From positions 3,534,001 to 3,598,000 of the forward strand of contig OZ024749.1 of NCBI GenBank assembly GCA_964016885.1: a DNA stretch of 64,000 nt, read 5' to 3'. Shown here piece after piece: positions 1-15,387 of this stretch. Under the pieces are notes generated by a model. It saw only the letters and a program-made list of their open reading frames with translations. It did not search any database and was not told where the DNA came from. How positions within the stretch are numbered: position 1 is the first letter of the stretch; every line of letters begins with the position of its first letter. Made by a program: the position numbers and the translations under genes. This DNA is from Eledone cirrhosa (Eukaryota).

Positions 1-490
1 AGCAAGTGCAGTGGCTCTGTTTTGGTAAATATACGTTATATCTTCTGGACGAATTGATATAGCAATGGTAAATTTTGCAGTATTAGTACTCTGATATATA
101 AAAATAGGGAAATTTACAAGCATATACTACATTTGTAAATGAATCTATTTTGTTCATTTTCTACATTACCTTAACCTGACTAGATCATTCTTCTCACTTA
201 CAAACATACATCGAAAACTATGGATGTAGATAGTCTGAATGGTTTGGGTCTTCTTTTAACCATCATGAAACCTCATTAAGGGTTAGCAAATGCAAGTGTC
301 TTTATTATAGCATAGGGCTATTCATATATATACTTACTGTTGGACAGTGATAACGGTATGTTTCCATATATATGTGATTACTCAACCACTTACACATTAT
401 TTCATGCGTTAGGTGTTGAGTTTATATAGCAGCGGTATCGTCATTTTCAAAAGCCACGAAGTATTCAGCATATACATACTCCAACAAACA

Positions 491-614
491 TTAATTATAC
501 AACGAGGTTGACTTTGACTTTCATCCTTACGGGGTCGATAAAATAAAGTACCAGTAATGAACCGGGTAATTGCTGGCCTTGTGCCTAAAGTAGAAACAAT
601 TAATTATACAACGA
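491..614 (+). mobile_element. 5'-truncated tRNA-derived SINE (family S1) with 15-bp TSD
   Basis: Core ctttcatccttacggggtcgataaaataaagtaccag and tail ggccttgtgcctaaagtagaaacaat; TSD ttaattatacaacga at 491-505 and 600-614. Confidence 0.85.
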
Positions 615-834
615 TCGCTTTTATAAAATATCTGCAATTTACTGGGGAAGAAAAACATATATTGTATTGCCCACATTATCTGACTATGTTCAGATAAAGA
701 GTGCGATGGGAACGGCCAGGTTTAAAATGTCCAAGACACGACCTGTGCATCAACAGCACACGTACGTCTACACAAGGTACGTCTGTATATCCACATATAA
801 ATTTGAGCGACTTCCGTCCGTCAAAGAGTGTTTG

Positions 835-874
835 GTATGTGTGTGTATGTTATTGTGGGTGTGTGTGATTGTAT

Positions 875-907
<33 letters not shown>

Positions 908-923
908 GGTGTGTGTGATTGTA

Positions 924-954
<31 letters not shown>
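835..954. repeat. (TG)n microsatellite
   Basis: Directly visible. Confidence 0.95.
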
Positions 955-1893
955 AAACGGAGGGAAGGGGATGTTGAAAGAACTATAGTAAAGCATCGGC
1001 TGTTGATGCATTTGCTATGAGTGGGTGTAAGAGAATGTGTGTGTTTATGTGAATGCATGCGTGTGTGTGTTTGTGTGAATATATATCTGTGCTTCTGCGA
1101 ATGTATATGTATTTGTGTAAATGTATGTCCGTGAGTGTGTATTTTTGTAATTACATCTGTGTATGCGCGTTTATATTTATATACTCATACATATAAATGT
1201 ATGCATATGTACATCCACACATGATCACATATATACACATACGCGTCAGCGCGTTGAAAAAAAACTCAAGTATTCTAAAATAGGAACGCAACAGACTAGA
1301 TTACCAATAAACCCAAACAAGAAAGACATGCATGTTCGTGGAGTGTTTAATATGTTTTTCTTTTTATATTTAATAAAACTTAAATATATTGAAGTAACAA
1401 ATATAAAAACGTATTCTGTCAGACAATTTAAATAAACTTCAGTGCATTTTCGTTTTTAAATTTTCTCATGATCTTCATTTGGATTGGAAATTATTTACCG
1501 GGAATAGACATGTTTTTCTTACCACTCTCGCTGTTAATAAGGCCCCTGGGCTTAAACCCAACTGCCTTTTTTAACTTCCTCCCTCTCTCCCCTCAGTTAA
1601 TAACTTACAAGTGCCATTATGTTTTCCTCCTATCGGTATGATTTTTTCTCGTTTTTTTCTTTTATTTCACTTTTATTTATTTCTCTCTCTTTGCTATCAC
1701 CTCTTTTTTTTAATTTTCTTTCCCTCATAACCACTTGCTATTACGTTTGGGTGTGTTACGGATTGTCTATAATACGCTGAAACATCTATGACCCGTAGGA
1801 GACAACTGATGAAGGGAAAATATCTATCTCTTGTTTGGGTTCCCTTTCTAACTCTTGTTATCAGTAGCCACGCAACCTCGACCCTCTCAATCC

Positions 1894-2042
<149 letters not shown>

Positions 2043-2213
2043 GTGCGTCTGTGCGTGTGTGTATCCCGGGTTAAATGGGTGGTAAGCACCGTAGGTAAAG
2101 TACTCAATACATAGTAGATTATACATGTAAATATAGAGTAAACATATACGATGTTTAATATAGAAATGGATTCTACAGAACTAGAAAAGTTTCATTCGAA
2201 GTAAATCATCATC

Positions 2214-2277
<64 letters not shown>

Positions 2278-2282
<5 letters not shown>

Positions 2283-2904
2283 CCCTAAAGTAAATCAACC
2301 GAAACTAAAAGCTCTTCCATATATCTCCACACACAACCCTCTCAAAAATGAGGCCTTTGACACCATCCTCCAGAACATCACTGTGTTAAAAAAGGACCAT
2401 ATAATAAAGCAAATCCTTCGAACACACGATACTATAAAAAGCAAATCCTAACACATGCCAAAGTACTGCCAACCACAACAACGAAACCCACAGTAAAAAA
2501 AATGCGATAGACCCAACTGTGGCATATGCATCAACCTAATAGAGGGTTCGGAATTATATTTCAAACAAGGACAACGTTTTATAGTAAACACAATTTCATA
2601 TGCGCATCAGAAAATCTAATATATATATATATTAACTTTCTCAGGTTGTCGAGAACAATACATAGGCCAGACCAAAAACAGCCTCCGCCAACGCATGACT
2701 GTCCGTAGATCCAAAATCAAAATACGGGAATACAGAAAAATAACACTGAGTGAACACATTGATACCTGTGCCGCCCAAAATCCTCCCAACTTTAGAATCT
2801 TTCCACTCTACAAATGTATAGATAATGCCACCCACACTCAGCGCATCAGCAAGGAATCTCATTTTATTAACAAATACGCACCCCGTCTAAACACTTCTTC
2901 CTAA
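2278..2904 (+). pseudogene. PLE fragment: RT thumb/linker plus GIY-YIG endonuclease (Neptune-like), frameshifted
   Basis: Pieces read across frames: ALPYISTHNP, linker KKCDRPNCGICINL (Cx4Cx2C), FICASENLIY, YIGQTK, MTVRRSKIKIREYRKITLSEHIDTCA...KESHFINKYAPRLN; begins at a (TA)n tract. Confidence 0.8.
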
Positions 2905-4019
2905 GACGAACCCACAACATACACACGTCAACATACATACCTACATCAGCCTACATCCTACATACATTTCTATCCACATATAAACACAATGACATACGTA
3001 AACACACATGTCCTAGGTGCAACACAAATATACACAAATTCGCACACCTTTTGATGTTTATATGTATACACGTGCCGACACGCACACATGTATTGCACTT
3101 TGATGGGTGTATACATACTTGTACACAAGTATCCCATAAGGCAGGGCCTAATGGATTCCCATTGCAGTACGTACGATCTGGACTCACACACACCTTGGTA
3201 TTATGACAATACTATACATCAGTTCACATCTTTTATTATAGATGTTATTGATGTTCGTTTGAGAGAATCGTTTTTGCAAATGACTGAAAATATCGAATAA
3301 TTTACGCCATTCTTACCAGTACCACAAGCATACTGGTCCATCCACGCACACACACACACACACATACATACACACGCACACACACACACGCACATACATA
3401 CACACACATACAAACACACATACACACACACACACTCACTTACACACGCGTACACTAATATACAGACAGACATACACACACACACCCACATACCTCTGTA
3501 TAAGATAAGAGCTGAAAAATGTTTCAACATGTTAAAATCCCCCCCCACACACACACACACATATTTGTCTTAATAGACACCTGAACTGTTGACCTTTCAA
3601 CATGACTGCAACTCACACACGTACACACACATCCCTACTTATCATTATCACAACAATGAACCACTTTACTACACACACACACATACACATATATATTTGT
3701 CTGAAGAGACATATTTTTCAGTGACTTTTCAACAAGACTGCAACTCAATCAAGCGGAAAAGGACACTCTTCGACAAACCTACATTTGCCGCGAAACCAGT
3801 TCGCGCTAAAATCAATTTTAACATTCACGTGACTTCTACCGGCCAATCAAAATTGTTTTGACTACAAGAAATTGTGCAACACGAATTGGCGCGAGATTTA
3901 TAGTGTTTATTCACGTGACATTCAACAACCAACCAAATCTTAATACCTCCCAAGCCACTTTTTTCACATAAAACAGGAATAATTCCCAAAACTGATCAGA
4001 TTAGAGCAAAAATCACGGG

Positions 4020-4175
4020 CACTCTATCTCAAAATTATTTTTGAAAAGCATTAGAAATGCGCAACTGGTAAAAACTTAAAACTAAAACTGAATACTAAAT
4101 AATACTTATTACTAATTTATACTTATTCCTAATTAACTATTTTTCACTGGGAAAAATTTGTCAGCATTTTCTTTT
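4020..4175 (+). repeat. Dispersed repeat, inverted homolog of 34770-34928
   Basis: ctatctcaaaattatttttgaaaagcatt...aatttgtcagcattttc matches the reverse complement of 34770-34928. Confidence 0.75.
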
Positions 4176-4561
4176 CCTTTTTACTTATATACCACAACTC
4201 GTGTGTCACACCTCTATTTTTTAAATATATATATATATATCGCATATTATATACGTATACATTTATAAGTGTATATATTGACATATATTCATATCTAGGA
4301 TCGAAATATAGATACATAGAGTTAGGTTCAAAATAAAAAAAACAACATATTATTCCTTCATTCAACCCAAATCTACAAAATATATGAACTGGAGAATGTC
4401 CCTCTGGCAATTTCATTTACGAGAATACCAGCAATTATAAAGTCTACCGTTCCATAAATAGTTACTAGAATACCAATAATATTCATATGTGAACTGGCCA
4501 ACTATGGAAACACTATGAGAATCCAGTAAAATATGAAAACATAAAACAATCCATCTCACGC

Positions 4562-4628
4562 TATCTGAAGATACCATGCCTGAGGGTTATTATGTCACCT
4601 CTAGGACATCTTCGAAATATGTATAATA
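4562..4628 (+). ncRNA. Degenerate minimal type I hammerhead motif
   Basis: TAT-CTGAAGA-(imperfect stem II)-GAAA-TATGTA-TA-ATA. Confidence 0.45.
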
Positions 4629-4698
4629 CAGTTATATGCTAAAAAGTATATGTACGAAGAAAACCGACTCCTTTATTATACATACATAAGTGTATATA

Positions 4699-4851
4699 TA
4701 AGGGTGAAAGCAACGATTCTTTGCTTAAACTTAATCTGCTATTTTAATAAATATTTGCTCTAGGGTTCTTACATATTTGATATATATTTATCCTTATCGA
4801 GCCTTCCTTGAATTTTAGTCTTCACATTTATTATTATTACTATATATATAT
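4699..4851 (+). repeat. PLE-like 3' end (3' half of HHR), homolog of 25920-26065
   Basis: gtgaaagcaacgattctttgcttaaact...ttattattattacta(TA)n shared with 25925-26065. Confidence 0.75.
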
Positions 4852-7504
4852 ATATATGTATATATGGTGTCGTCTATATGTGTGTTTATATGATAGAAAT
4901 GTGGTGCGTAGTTCATATCAAATCATATACAGCGGAAGGTAACTTTAAATGAACATGCACATATTCTGAATCCGATGATAATCTCACTGTGTTTGTTAAG
5001 CTTCTTGTAATATTTCTTTCTGGATGCATTACGGTAATGATTGTATTCAATAAAGTTTATCTCATGGCTATATTGTTAATTATTTATTTTACTTCTTATA
5101 AATCTAGTTATCACGTAAAACAAAGCCCCTTGTGACCTCGTCTATACGGATTTTCCAAAGGATTTTATAGGAACGTTTTCCACTGGATTTGTTTTATGTT
5201 GCTTTCTCCTGCTTTAAGTTTTCTTGCTTCCATATATTCAAAGAATGATATCAATAATATGTTGGTTCTGTTTTCCATAAAAGCTCTTCAGTCTATGAAT
5301 AGTTGATCGTTCCACACATGACTTCACTTTCCATATTTCGGTATTTCTTTCAGTTCAAAGGAATTATTTCTGTTTAAGTAGATTTATCCTCTACCCTGCG
5401 GTATTATTTCGTGATAATGTGTTGGTTACTACGATCGAGCCGACGAAACAAAACGTAATATTTCAAATATTAATCTCACTGCATTAGTTAACCAACGCAT
5501 GCGTGATTGTTACCCCTACCGATGCTTAAAAGCGATTATGAATGATTTTAGAGTGCGTGGAATACCATAGGGATAAGGATAAATGAAAAGAAGTCTAAAG
5601 AAATGCTGGCGCACATATTTAATAAGAATCGCCAGGAGAGGATTCATATATTGCGTGAAAACAAAAGTACATCGAAGTCAACTGAGTCGGAAAAAGACAC
5701 CCACGCGGCGTTATATTAAAATCTAAATGCGCTGCTCTTCGAAATTAAACTATCTTGACAAACTATGTAGTATGCCATACAAAAGCTTCAAATTACAAGA
5801 TATGTTATAGAATTGCACCTTAAACATAATACGTTATTTTTTCTTCGACAAACAACTTTCTGAAATACACAATGTATTATTTTAATATTTAAATAATAGC
5901 AACAAAATATGCCTGCGGCAAAAACGTAGATAACAAATGATGGTGTCAAAATTTGTATTAGTCGGACAAAATAAATAGACTTCAAACAAATGAGAACAAA
6001 CCGCTGTTCAATAAGTCTGACTGTTAATTGTAAACTGACTATATATATATATAATTTTCTACCTGGAGGTGATGAGTATTAATCAGGAATATTTATATAT
6101 TCCCATGACTGAATAAAGACATTGAATTGCAAATATAGTTAAATATATACACAGCATCATTAACACTGTTTATATAATAATAATCATCGTTTCAGAGAAA
6201 ATAATCTATCGGACTTAGCTCTATCATTATTATTAAATCGATATGGCTGTCGAATAAGAATTTATAAAGGGTGGAGAAAATGCCTTGAGTTGTTTCTTCT
6301 GATTAAAGCTTACGTTCCGAGATCAAATCAAAGTATGGTCAAATTTATATTTATTTGTATGTGGTCGTTAAATTATTGTATTAGATGAAGTAGTGAGCTC
6401 AATTCAGTAAACTAATTCCCACATTTCCAACTGAACCAGCAACGATATCCCCTTCTAGCTGGCTGAAGTCGTTGTCACTCGCAGTTGTTGTTTTGTCCTA
6501 CTCCCGGGAAATTTACCTCACAACATATATGTGTACTTTCCATTTCCTGCTGGCGTGGAATCTAATTACTCCACTTAATATATATGTAAGATATCATTAA
6601 TGTGTATAAATGCAATATTCCCAAATCAATCTTGATTCATTCATCAGGGTTCGATATAAACAATCTTAGACATAGATGTTAAATATGTTTACCGACCGCA
6701 GGATACCATTAAAATAACGTAAAGGCCCCTGTAGACAACTCAGTACCTGACGCATTGCTGTAGTTGAAAATTATAAACGCAGCCAGTGGTCACAGCTTTT
6801 GATCAATGCTTTTATTTGTTCAGTTTGAATTGGTCTATAAAGCACTCATGTGTTTGTAAATAGATCTCCATGTCTTAAACTACTATTTCTTGAACGCCAA
6901 TCCATACGCTGATCTAACAATTGTATCTACGTATGTCTTTCTGAACACTTTCCCACTCTCTATATATATCTCAGGATAAAACTACGACAACATATTTGTC
7001 CATCTCCACTAATTGCAACATCTTGTAAAGATCAATTAATTGTAAACGAATAATCGAGGTGTGTTTTTATCACCAAATTCCGATGTATTTACGGTGAGCA
7101 TGCAGCCATTTCAGTGGTTGCCAGCAGTCCACGACCATATTTGAACTGAAAATACAAATAGACGGAACAAATAATGCAGAGGACCAGAACTGCTAAACAT
7201 AATTGCTTTTCAAGTCAACTGCTTTAAATTTGTAATTTATTCATCGACATTGGGCCTATGAAAAGTGAAGTCTTCCTCGGGTGAGACAGGAAATTAGAAG
7301 GAAAATGCCCGAAAAATAACCCAATGAATTTCGACCAACTCACCAATTGATCTGCTAAATAATCACCAAGGTGACAACTACAACTATGAAAATCAAAACT
7401 CATCTGAATGTCACATCTTATGTGTCTTACTATAGAGTGGAACAGAATCAGCTCGATATATGAAACCATAAACTATTCATCTTCTAGTGCCTAAGGAGAT
7501 TAAA

Positions 7505-7870
7505 TTGCGCTACCGTTTAAAAATCGGACAACAAGCTTTTCGGCCCTTTTGCATTCTGCGTTCAAACCTCACCGAGTTTGACCTTGCCCTTCATTACGCA
7601 GTTGGTAAAATAAATTATCACTAATCCCTTCCACCAAAATTGTTCGCCTTGTGCCTAAATCAGAAATCATTGTTATTATTATAACGTTGAACAACATGGT
7701 TTGCGTCATATAGTTACGGCCCTTCCGTACTGGGTTCAAATCCCACTTAAGTTAACTTGGCATTTTATCTTTACAGGGTACACAAAATAAAGAACCTGTT
7801 ACGCACTGGGGTTGATTTACTCAAGTTTCCTTTCCCCACGAATTGTTGGCCTAAATCAGCAACGCTTATT
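7505..7870 (+). mobile_element. Two degenerate tandem S1 SINE copies
   Basis: Box-B-like gttcaaa, then ttgcccttcat...aaaataa and ccttgtgcctaaatcag in both halves. Confidence 0.6.
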
Positions 7871-8783
7871 TTTGTAGTGTCTTTGTTATTTCTTTCTTTT
7901 TGTCATCAATACAATTCCAGAGCAGGAATGGTCTTTAAAAGCGTAGTAATAATAAAAAAAGGACGTCTATAAATTCTCTAATTGTTATTTACATCCCTCT
8001 TACGAATGTTTTGCTGTAACACTTGGCATTTACGCTTTTTCTCATGACCAAGCCAATTTTCAATTATTTAAACAAACAAAACAGCAAGAACAAAATACGT
8101 TTTTCTATTACTGGTTACTATATTTGTTGAAATTAGTTTCTATAAATACCAGCGAAATGTTAACCAAAATAACATGTCTTTGTACATACGAATAATGTTG
8201 TTTTAGTATGTTTGCTAATGTTTTTAGTTTCATATTTTTAGAAATACATTTTGCAATGTTTCATATGAATTAATTTTATAAAATTACTTTCAATAAATTA
8301 AATTCATTCATTAATATTGTTGCTTTTGTTGCTGTAGATGTTTTTTAGAACTGGTCGTCGGCTTTATGGTGGTGGGGATACTGGTAGTCGTATTGCTATT
8401 TTTTAACCAACAATATGTCGTCTAGTGCAGTATAAAATGTAAATCACATTATGCTATACATCATCAAAACACTACCACAACCCTATGATTAACAATGCCA
8501 CCACCACCATTTGATAAGATGGTTAACACCGATACATTGAAACCGGTTGTATTGTATATATGTTATATACATTATAAAACACCTCTTTTTTTCAAATAAT
8601 TGTTCCTCTCTTTTTCTCAAAAATGTCACTATGACGAATCAAAGCAGAAAAAAAGAAAACAGATTCTTATATATAATTATTCAGCGCTATTTTCAATTCC
8701 ACATTTTCTGTGTAACCTCTGTTTTGTATAGAAACTTACTCCCTTTACAAATATATATATGTATATTTATAGATATACATACA

Positions 8784-8854
<71 letters not shown>

Positions 8855-9020
8855 TTGTGTGTGTATTTAATTATTAAATAAATCAATTAATACCTTAAGA
8901 CTTCACACAAAGTAAAATATTTCGTTTTAATCATTTTCTAATCCCCCAAAAAGAGAGAAATAAATAAAAAGGGAAAAAAAAATATTTTTCTTCCTGATAA
9001 TCGTCTTTTTCTCCCTGTTT

Positions 9021-9074
<54 letters not shown>

Positions 9075-11581
9075 CTGTGTACATATGTATATGGCTATAT
9101 GGCTGTGTAACACAAGAATCTAGAGAATGTATAAAAACAGACTACTGGATTGTATATGGACCACTAAACATTTGGATTTAGATTTCCAATATCAACGAGG
9201 TACTACCTCACTCTTTGTCTTTCAGGTTTTGGTAAACGTATAACCAATTGTTATAGATTGGTTGCAAATGATTTGAAACGTGAAAAGCAGCTACCTTTAT
9301 GGACAATCTTATAATCCTCAGATCTATTAGGAAGCTCCCTTGTGTCGCGGCCGCAAGAACAGGACTATTTATGTCTTACTCAACAGAGACACCAATCATT
9401 ATATTTTGGGCAACAAATGTCACGGAAAATGTTCAGTTTAAGTGTAAAGCAAAGATGTAACGAAAGTTAACATCCGTAGGGAAGTCAGTAAGAAGATCCA
9501 GAAAACGCAGTCAAAGCACTACGGAGTAATTGCGTAGGGACTCATTCGTTTCTAATATTATATTTTACTTATTTATTTATGTTTTGCTTTCTTCTAGTTT
9601 ATTGGATATAATGCACACGTTACAATTTATTAATAAACAAATTTATTCAAATGGAAAAAAAAATCTTATTTAGTAAGGGAAAAAAAATAGGGCAGAAACA
9701 AAAGGAAAGAAAGGATAGGAAAATATAGAAAAAAAAGAGGGAAAGAAAGAACAGAAAGAGAAAGGGAGAGAATGGCAAAAGCTCTGGTGCAGCAGAAGAG
9801 AGGGGAATGAGGGGTGATTGAGATTTTGGCCCCACGGACAAGACGGCAAAAGCATTCCCCCGGATGATGTCCAGTGCCACCCTCTGCAACAGCTACCCAA
9901 CCTGGCGGGGCTTCCTCCTCGGCTGGGACGCCGACGCTCCCATCTATCCTACGGAAGAGCTCGGCAGTTCGGGGTCCAATCCTCGATTGGGAGTCTAAAT
10001 TGTCCGTTAATGCGAGACCCCATTCCCCTTCTGATAAAATTAATCGAGCTCTGAAAGAAGGTAAATTAACCAAACTGTAAATATGTGGGTGTCTTGTTTA
10101 ATATATAATTCAATGCGGATGCTACTGTACCATTAGTACAATTTGGGGTTTCTAAGGCTGAATAGAAGGGCGAAGAGAAGAAGGTATGTATCTCCACAGA
10201 GGGCAAATGACTTGAATGCGTGTTACGATATAAATCTAGAGACGTTGAAACGAATCTACATTGGTTATCGCTCAGACAAAATTAGAAAGATATGTGGAGA
10301 TATATAAAGGCTACGCCTCTCATCGTCTGTCTAAATAAAATAAAAATAAACTCAACAAACATACGTATCATATCACCAGAATTCATTTATCTAATGTATT
10401 GCTAATTTAACACATTTTTGCTGTTTTATGTATGGTCTTTCAATTAAAACCATAATTACAAATTACTCACTCTAGTTTCTTTTGTTTCACACTAAAACAC
10501 TACATTTAAATTCTTCTTTTGAACCATGTTATGTATCATTATTGTTATTTTATTTACTATTGTTTTATTTATTGTATTTATTGTATTCTTTCATTGCACT
10601 GTCATCTGTTTGCCGGATAAACAGCACATATCATGCCGATTCACGACATTTTCTCATTGATTACGTCGTCGTCTGTCTTTTGCTTCAATGTGTTTCTATT
10701 TTATTCGTCGTTGTTATCTGTTTTTCTTATTTTGTTTTCAGCCATTAATCACCATTTTGTTTTTTTGAAACGACGTCAATAATAGTGAGGCATATATTTC
10801 TCTCGTCTGTCTTTAATCGACATTTCACTCTCTTGTATTTCAGAAAGTGTATGTACAATTGTTTGTGATATGTATATATGTATACATGCGGGTGTGAATT
10901 TATGTATATGTGCATGGTGAGTGCGCGTATGTGTACGTGTGTGTGTATATGCGTATATGTCAAGGTGTGTGTCTGTGTATATTAGTGTGAGTGTCCGTAT
11001 ATTTGCGTGTGTGCACATGAGGTATTTGTGTGTATACATGTGTATATGAGTAAATGTGCGTGTGTGAATGAGTTTCTGTTTAATAGAAGTTTTATAGTGT
11101 AAAACATAGTTCGCCGAATATATCTATTTGTATGACATACAACTATATATTTCTAGATATTTTATGGATTATATGATAATGTAATGTGCACTCCACCGGT
11201 TGCAACGATGAACATTCAGATCATGTATCAACTGAACGGCTCCATAAGATTTTTGGGAGAATATCAAAGTACCATAGATTGGATTTTACTAAATTATTAC
11301 GGATGGAATGTTACTTTATATTTCGGGATAAAATCCCAAATTCTGAAATGTACGAATGAAGGAACTAGCTCGGACCAAGATTTTTCTGTCGTTCTTATGC
11401 AATCATCTTTTAATTCCAAATTTAATATTTCGCAGCATATGAACGAGACAAAATAAACTGCTTTGAAATAATTCCGTTAATTCATCTGTTGTGAATAGAT
11501 TTAATTGCGAACAGCAAAGAAATACTATTAAACAACATAAATTTAACCTTCCAAGAGTGTGTTAATATTCTTGTAATATTA

Positions 11582-11790
11582 GGGCGATATATTAGTAGAA
11601 TCGGTAGAACGTTGGACATTATGAATAGCGGCCAATTATGTCCTGAGTTCAAATCCCGCGGAGGTTAGCTTTGTATTTCATCCTTACTGGGTCTATAAAA
11701 AAAGTACCAGCTATGTATTCGAGTCGATTTAATCGATTTTCCTATCCATTAAATTTGTTAGCCTTTTGTCTGAAAGAGAAACCATTATTT
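11582..11790 (+). mobile_element. Degenerate S1 SINE
   Basis: agaatcggtagaac...ctgagttcaaatcccgcggaggttagctttgtatttcatcc...aagtaccag. Confidence 0.7.
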
Positions 11791-12364
11791 TGTTTAATAT
11801 TAGCAGTGTTGCAGCTTCTTTATAGAGTAATATTTCCTATATATTGCATAATACCTCAAGCACGTCACAAGGCTCCAATTTAATTTATATATTTTAGGCA
11901 GAGAATTAAAATAAAGTGCATGTTCAGGGTCATAAAGAAAGGTTTTCCGATTATGGAGACTGTGCACAATGCTTCCAAAACGGCAATATCCATCTAGAAT
12001 CTTTCTACTGACGAATATCTATATCGCCCAAAATAGAACATATTTTGTCGTAGGTTCTAACGATTCTGCCGAATCCAATGTCTTTACTGGAGCGATATGT
12101 TCAAAATATCTGAATATTGATAGCTAATTCGCCACCTCGATTAAATCGATGTCTTACTTTCCTTCAGATAGCCTTTGACACCGGGGACATATTTCTTCTT
12201 TCTAATCTAGACATTGTGTACTTCATTTACGAAAAGGAAAATGAAGATAGACGTCACTAGGAACAGACACCGATAGCCAACAGTCAATAGCAGATTGGGG
12301 GATTGTTATTTAATAATGATAATAATAATAATATATATATATATATATATATACATATATATAA

Positions 12365-12402
<38 letters not shown>

Positions 12403-12420
12403 TATACATTATATATATAT

Positions 12421-12624
12421 ATAACGAAGGAAATGTGGTAAAGAACCAGGTGGACCATAACGAACCAAAGTACTCAATAGTTAGGGTAGTAAGGTGGGTA
12501 ATAGGAACGAGTAGGACCACGACGGCTGAGCTCAAGCCCTTTCGACGGCTAATTCTGGCCTAAGTTTAGGCCAGAATTAGCCGTCGAAACGGCTTGAGCT
12601 CATCCGTCGGGGTCCTACCCGTTG

Positions 12625-12627
<3 letters not shown>
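12421..12627 (-). mobile_element. Fold-back family P copy 1 (palindromic HHR 3' half) in (TA)n
   Basis: aacgaaggaaatgtggtaa... followed by a long inverted repeat centred on ctggcctaagtttaggccag. Confidence 0.85.
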
Positions 12628-12680
<53 letters not shown>

Positions 12681-12751
12681 GTATATATAAATATATATAT
12701 TATATGTTTTTTATATATACATATTTTATATGTACATACATATATACATAC

Positions 12752-13158
12752 ATGGTGGCTGCCAACTCGTTTTCGAGTACGGCAACTACTTTATATCCAT
12801 GTAGGAGACCCCCTACCGAAGTGCTGAACGAGTGTGACTTTTTAGACCAGCCAGCGACTTGAAAACTCAGGTGCAAACACTACACTTGTGACAATTATAG
12901 ACACATAGTGCTGGGCCCATGGTACCATGTGACGACAAGTGCAGAGAGATCTCCAGATATAAATCAATGCACGTGTCGTGAAGCTTTTATAGTGAGCAAA
13001 GGCACTGCACAAAGCCAGTCCCACTCTCTTAACCAAGATGATATTTACCAAAAAGAAGAACAAGTCAACATCATTGGATACCATCAGGGTTGCAGGTGTT
13101 ATATCAGAGTTTTCCTTCTCCTAGAATTCTGCCTTGACAAAGGCTAAGGGGTCATCTC
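12752..13158 (-). mobile_element. Non-autonomous bipartite RTE-like element (family X), 5'-truncated
   Basis: Reverse complement of 57876-58288 and 60190-60598. Confidence 0.85.
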
Positions 13159-13364
13159 ATATACATACATATTTACATACATATATATATATGTATGAGA
13201 GATATTTAATTTGTTGGAAATCCAACAAATACAGATGTTTACAACTGATTCAAAGCATTCGACTGATTTCTGGAGTAAGTATTCAATTGATATCACATTC
13301 CAGGGATAACTTGAAGCGTTAAGGTATATCATAAGGTCATATCAAATATTTATAAAACATTTTG

Positions 13365-13426
13365 TATTTTATCTGATGATAGCGTACCAAAATTGTTGAT
13401 CCCCTTGAAATATATATAATAGAATA
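13365..13426 (+). ncRNA. Minimal type I hammerhead motif
   Basis: TATTTTAT-CTGATGA-weak stem II-GAAA-TATATA-TA-ATAGAATA (8-bp stem I); downstream sequence shared with the 23748 copy. Confidence 0.6.
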
Positions 13427-13468
13427 AATATGGTTTTATAAATATAGTTTCCATTTATTTAATATCAA

Positions 13469-13564
<96 letters not shown>

Positions 13565-13844
13565 TTATATTTGGGTAGGATCATATTGTAACATTTTGCC
13601 AGAAATAATATAGTATAACACATTGTTTTGGAGAGAGAGAGAGAGAGGGGGTGCATTAAAAAGTACCGAATGGTATTACGGTAGGGTATATGACAAGGCA
13701 GACGTTTTAAATACCATTTACACCTTTGGTGACAGGTTTCCAATCAGATTCCGTCTACTCACGTTCATGCAGACGACGTTAGTTGAATCGAGTCAATGAC
13801 ACATGCCAAAGATGTAAGACAGGGAGATCGTACCTGTGGAATAA

Positions 13845-14260
13845 GTGTTTCTACCTTAGGCACAAGGCCATCAATTCGAAGGGGAGGGTAAAATCTATTA
13901 AATCGACCTCGGGGCGTTACTGGTACTTTATTTTATCGACCCAATAATGATGAAAAGCAAAGCTAACCTCGGCGGGGTACTTGTGAAATTTACATCTTAA
14001 ACATTCCTCCTTATTGCTTCAATCGAATTACATATAACCAACGGCAGAATAACGTAGAACTGGTATAATGAGGTGGACTATATTGATATTTAATGTAGGC
14101 ATATCGCAAGCAAATATGAGAGAAGGGTAAAGTTGATAAAATCAACCCCACGACTTAACTGGTACTTTATTTTTATCGATTGTTATCGATAATAGGCAAA
14201 ATTGAAAGCGGTGGCATTTGAACTCAGAATGCAAAGAGCCAGAAACACGACGACATGGTT
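13845..14260 (-). mobile_element. Two degenerate S1-related SINE copies
   Basis: tttctaccttaggcacaaggcc...ctggtactttattttatcgac...aacctcggcggg; second copy ends atttgaactcagaa. Confidence 0.65.
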
Positions 14261-15232
14261 TTCATGCAACGCTATGAATTATTATGTCATTCCTCCATCT
14301 CTCTATGTGTGATTATATCATTCAAACACCTATGCTGCATACAAGTTTGTGTATATGGGTGCGAGAGTGTGTGTATGTGTTCGAGTGTATTTGTGTGTCT
14401 GTGCGTGATGTATGTTCAAATATGCCATTTTCTAAATGAAAGAATTACATGTTATATCACTCAGAAGGCATAAGCCGCTGTGAGATTGTGGTAAGTGACA
14501 TGCCTAAGATGTAAGGAAATGAGATACAACCCATAAAGGAAATAAAATAATGGTGTTGTAGGAGACAAGTTTACACAAACTCATGGTCACCCTCATCAGC
14601 TCTCAAACCAGCGAAATGCTTTCGTAGGATTCAATTCAGATCACCATTTTTAAATGTTGGATTTTTCAACAGAAAAATAAATCTGTCTGCTGGTATGAGG
14701 TGCGTGTGATAAAACAAACAGCACAAAGAGAAGGATGAAAAGAAACAAAGAGAATAATGGTATAATGGACATCAAGGTGTGGTGGCTGTCTTACATAAAA
14801 AGCTAATTATAGATATAATAAAGTTTCATGAATAAACCATGTTGTCTCTGATCAAGAAGAAGCGCGAATGTATTTGAATACAAATAAAAATGAGAAAACA
14901 CATGGCTAGTAGAGCCGGTAAGTCAGCTAAATGTGGTCAAAGACAGTGTTGGTCATACATATCTTTTATTTACTACGTCCAGTCACTTCTATGCGCCAAC
15001 GCACTTCTCGTTGTTCCCCTCTTTCAATTTTTCTATATTTCATCTCTTTTGGCCTCTGGGGTATTTTGCCCATCGCTGTCTTTGACAGCACTGAGCTGTT
15101 TTAACGTCTGATTTACTGAAGATTTTCTCATATATGTATTCAAATACAACCTCGCTTCGTCTGAATCAGAGATACATTTGCTTTTTCATTTATATACACA
15201 CACATTTCTTCTTAGATTCGTAAGGACGTATA

Positions 15233-15234
<2 letters not shown>

Positions 15235-15320
<86 letters not shown>

Positions 15321-15387
15321 ACACATACACGCACACACACATACACACACACATACATACACAAACACACACACACCTACACACACA
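15235..15387. repeat. (CA)n microsatellite
   Basis: Directly visible. Confidence 0.95.

Noticed and set aside
1806-1850. CTGATGA-AGGGAA...TTCCCT
   Set aside because: Lacks GAAA/UH in register
3986-4045. CTGATCA...CTCAAAATTA HHR-like motif
   Set aside because: Two non-compensatory core changes
9640-10080. GC-richer segment resembling a minus-strand LINE 3' end
   Set aside because: No diagnostic motif could be read
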